Assembly (NCBI GenBank): GCA_951406725.2
Contig: OX597816.1
Span: 73,532,001 to 73,596,000, forward strand
Direction: 5' to 3'
DNA: 64,000 nucleotides
From: Octopus vulgaris
Taxonomy: Eukaryota
Shown here: positions 60,601-64,000 of the stretch, one piece after another
How the letters are laid out: each line of letters opens with the position of its first letter
How positions within the stretch are numbered: position 1 is the stretch's first letter
Position numbers and translations under genes: made by a program
The notes under the pieces: generated by a model
What the model was told of the DNA's origin: nothing
Databases searched by the model: none
Seen by the model: only the letters and a program-made list of their open reading frames with translations

Positions 60601-62173
60601 TTATTTTGTCGTTTCATTTAATTATTTCTTGCTTCCATTAAACATTTCATGGAACAGTATGTCTTATATTATTGACTTATCATCAATTTTCGTTGGCTAA
60701 AGTCGCCTTCTTTATTATATCCAGTTTCAATAAATTGTTATGTAAACTACTGATATATGTATTAATTATCTATATGTAGGAAAGGTTATGCCTGATGATG
60801 TTTCGCTTCGTTATTCTATTATCGTATCTTTGCATCTGCTGTCGGTAACCTGTCAGTCTTAATTATAGGCTAAATTTTGGCCATTGCGTTTCCAGTCCAA
60901 ATCGTGATTCGATAAAGTTTCACATCTCGATCGTTGTTACGGCATAATATATTTGCATTTTATACTGGTTTTACAAAGTGGTTTTATTCTGTTATCAGCA
61001 AAGTGACATAATCTCATTTATTCTCCTGAGTAAGCATATGTGTTGAAAAACACGTAGTATTTTTCTGAGGTGCTCAGGTACATTGTCTTGAGACTATTTA
61101 CGGTTATTGCTGCCCAGTTTATATAAATATATATATATAAAGACATAAACACACGTACACACCCATATATAGTTTAATGTACACGGTATATAGTCATAAT
61201 AGTTTCATATATAGCTACTAATAGTTTCATACGTTGAAGAAATCATGTAGGCAGGTTTTAAAACACGCCCAGTCCCTCCAAGTAATCCCTAGTCTTTGAG
61301 CACATGGCCTATACAAGTCACAAATCAGGGAATAGAACAAGAGAAATCATGAGCAAAGAACGAGATGAAGGCGGGTTCAAAATGTTGAATGATAAAAAAA
61401 ACGGAAAATGAAAGGAAAATGAAATGAAGATTTAGATTTATGTCTCCTTTCTATCCTAGAGCCGTAAGGATAGATGGTGTTGAATCAACGGAAGAGATGT
61501 GAAATCTACGAAATATCTGTTCAATCCGGAAAGGATGGTGCTTTCCAGTTCACGAATACAAACGTATACACATGTTTGCATTCACTGAAAATTTCTGATC
61601 TGGAATTCAGTAGTGTGGTGGAATTCTCAGGTTTCTAAGGTTGCCTAGTATAGATTATGTGTATTATTTACAATTTCACATGTAGTTATCAGAATTAATA
61701 ATTGTGTTGTTGTTGTTGTTGTTGGATAAAGGTTGATTACGTTTAGGCTAAACAGAAATTAACTTTTGTTAAATATTTTATGGTACCTATGTCATAGGTG
61801 AATACTTGTTTCATAACATGAACAGTATTTTCTGAGTGTTGATACTACAGCTACGTTGAATGGATGCATTAAGCAAGACTCTGTTACTTTTCCTACCAGT
61901 AGTTTTGATCCTATTTTCTACTTAATTTTATCGTGAAACACAATGCGGAAAAGAGAATCATTATAATAATTGAAGGGATCAGTAGAAATTTGTTGATTTG
62001 TGAAGTTTTGATAACACTAAAGAAATTATTCTTCTTATATTTAGGGTACTTGGAGCGCTTGTGAATGTAACCGGGTGTGTCATACGGAATACAGTTACAA
62101 GAATATAAAAAATATTAAGGTTCTTTTCAAAGCGACGGTTAAAAGGGAACGTTATGTATATATATATATGTAC

Positions 62174-62218
<45 letters not shown>

Positions 62219-62300
62219 AGAGCACATTGACAGATAAATAGATGGATATATGAATGGATAGATAGATAGATGGACACAGGGAGAGAGAAAGAGTGATGGT

Positions 62301-62333
<33 letters not shown>

Positions 62334-62407
62334 TGGTTGGTAGGTAGGTAGGTAGGTAGATAGGTAGGTAGGTAGGTAGGTAGGTAGAGAGATAATTGAA
62401 TGGATAA

Positions 62408-62463
<56 letters not shown>

Positions 62464-63006
62464 GCATACCGTTATCCAAACAGACGGATTGACAGACATA
62501 CAGACATATGTTCATAAGAATGATTAGTGTTTCAATGTATGCAGTCAGCTTTTTAATTTATAATGCTACACGCTTAATTAAGAAGTGATTTCTATTAACA
62601 TCACCATCACACCACCCATCATCATCATCATCATCATCATCACCATATCATCATCATCATCGTCGTCGTCGTCGTCGTCACCACTGTAATCAGCAGCTGC
62701 AGGTTTAATGTTTTAATTTTGTTAACAATAATAGAAGATACGAAAAAATAATAAAAAAAGAGAAAATACCATAAAAATCAACAAAATATTATTGACGGCT
62801 TTTTAATTAAGGATTGGTTTTTAGCCTAATTAATCTACATCCGATTGCTCATATTAGTGTGTATCGATAACCAAACAGCGTGAGTAAGGCTATTGTTGTA
62901 CAATGTAAGGTTTAACAATTACTCGGCATGCAAAGATATAGAAACGACAAACACACACGCATGCGTGTATACAGGCAGACACACACACATACACACATCC
63001 ATATGC

Positions 63007-63039
<33 letters not shown>

Positions 63040-63165
63040 TGTATGTATATATGCTCACACAGAAAAAAAAAAACAGAAAAAAACGGTATCTAACAACGCT
63101 TTGTAAAATGTATTACAACTGTATATGTATGTACGTATGTATGTACGTATGTATGTATGTATATA

Positions 63166-63248
<83 letters not shown>

Positions 63249-63499
63249 AAAGAGCAAGAGAGAGAGAGATGCATATATGTGTATATTTTTTAAAATTTAG
63301 ATACATATATATATGTCTAGATATATGTGTGTACAGACGTATGTGTATCACAGTCATATGAATAGAGATATATGATTAACAATACATATATCTGTGTGTG
63401 TATATATATGTACATATATATATGTATATGAATATACATATGTATGTATATATATATATGTATATGAATATACATATGTATGTATATATATATATATGT

Positions 63500-63585
<86 letters not shown>

Positions 63586-63727
63586 TACATACACGGGCAT
63601 GACATAGATGAGAATAGTAATACATGAAAAACAGTGTGATTGATTCTCTTAATTACATTGAACATTGTGTTCATAAGTTTTATAATTATATATATGTATA
63701 AATATGTGTGTATGTGTGTGTGTGTCC

Positions 63728-63766
<39 letters not shown>

Positions 63767-63777
<11 letters not shown>

Positions 63778-63967
63778 TGGAGGGAAACCACTATGTGGAC
63801 ACCCTTATGCTAGAAATAAATCCGCTATTTCTAGCATAAGTGTGTCCACATAGTGGTTTCCCTCTAATATGTATATAATACAATTTTACTGAACCTTCAT
63901 TTTTTTTTTGCTAGACCACTGGTGTGAAATCGATGTTAATTAAAATTAATATCTAATTTCCACCCTC

Positions 63968-63972
<5 letters not shown>
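63767..63972 (+). mobile_element. Fold-back element (52-bp arms, 7-nt spacer) plus ~95-bp tail within (TA)n
   Basis: 63767-63818 is the reverse complement of 63826-63877 with 2 mismatches; same architecture as the 16068 element. Confidence 0.55.

Positions 63973-64000
<28 letters not shown>

Overview
AT-rich eukaryotic DNA saturated with microsatellites ((TA)n, (TATG)n, (GATA)n, (TAA)n, (ATC)n, (GAAA)n, (TTC)n). The repeat landscape looks like an octopus/coleoid cephalopod intergenic or intronic region (inference). Almost all ORFs in the track are microsatellite artefacts, and no host gene is confidently recognisable. The real content is mobile DNA: four tRNA-derived SINE families in many copies; several 5'-truncated R4/Dong-like (RLE-type) non-LTR retrotransposons, all abutting (TAA)n; a cluster of decayed Tc1/mariner/Tigger elements; and three Helitron-like elements, one carrying a Pif1 helicase C-terminus. 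The most notable signal is a set of unrelated 100-300 bp islands, mostly inside (TA)n tracts. Several fold into type I hammerhead ribozymes (three with a CCGAnGA variant core) and/or form fold-back palindromes, consistent with Penelope-like pseudo-LTR or retrozyme-type elements. All calls are by eye; repeat coordinates are approximate.
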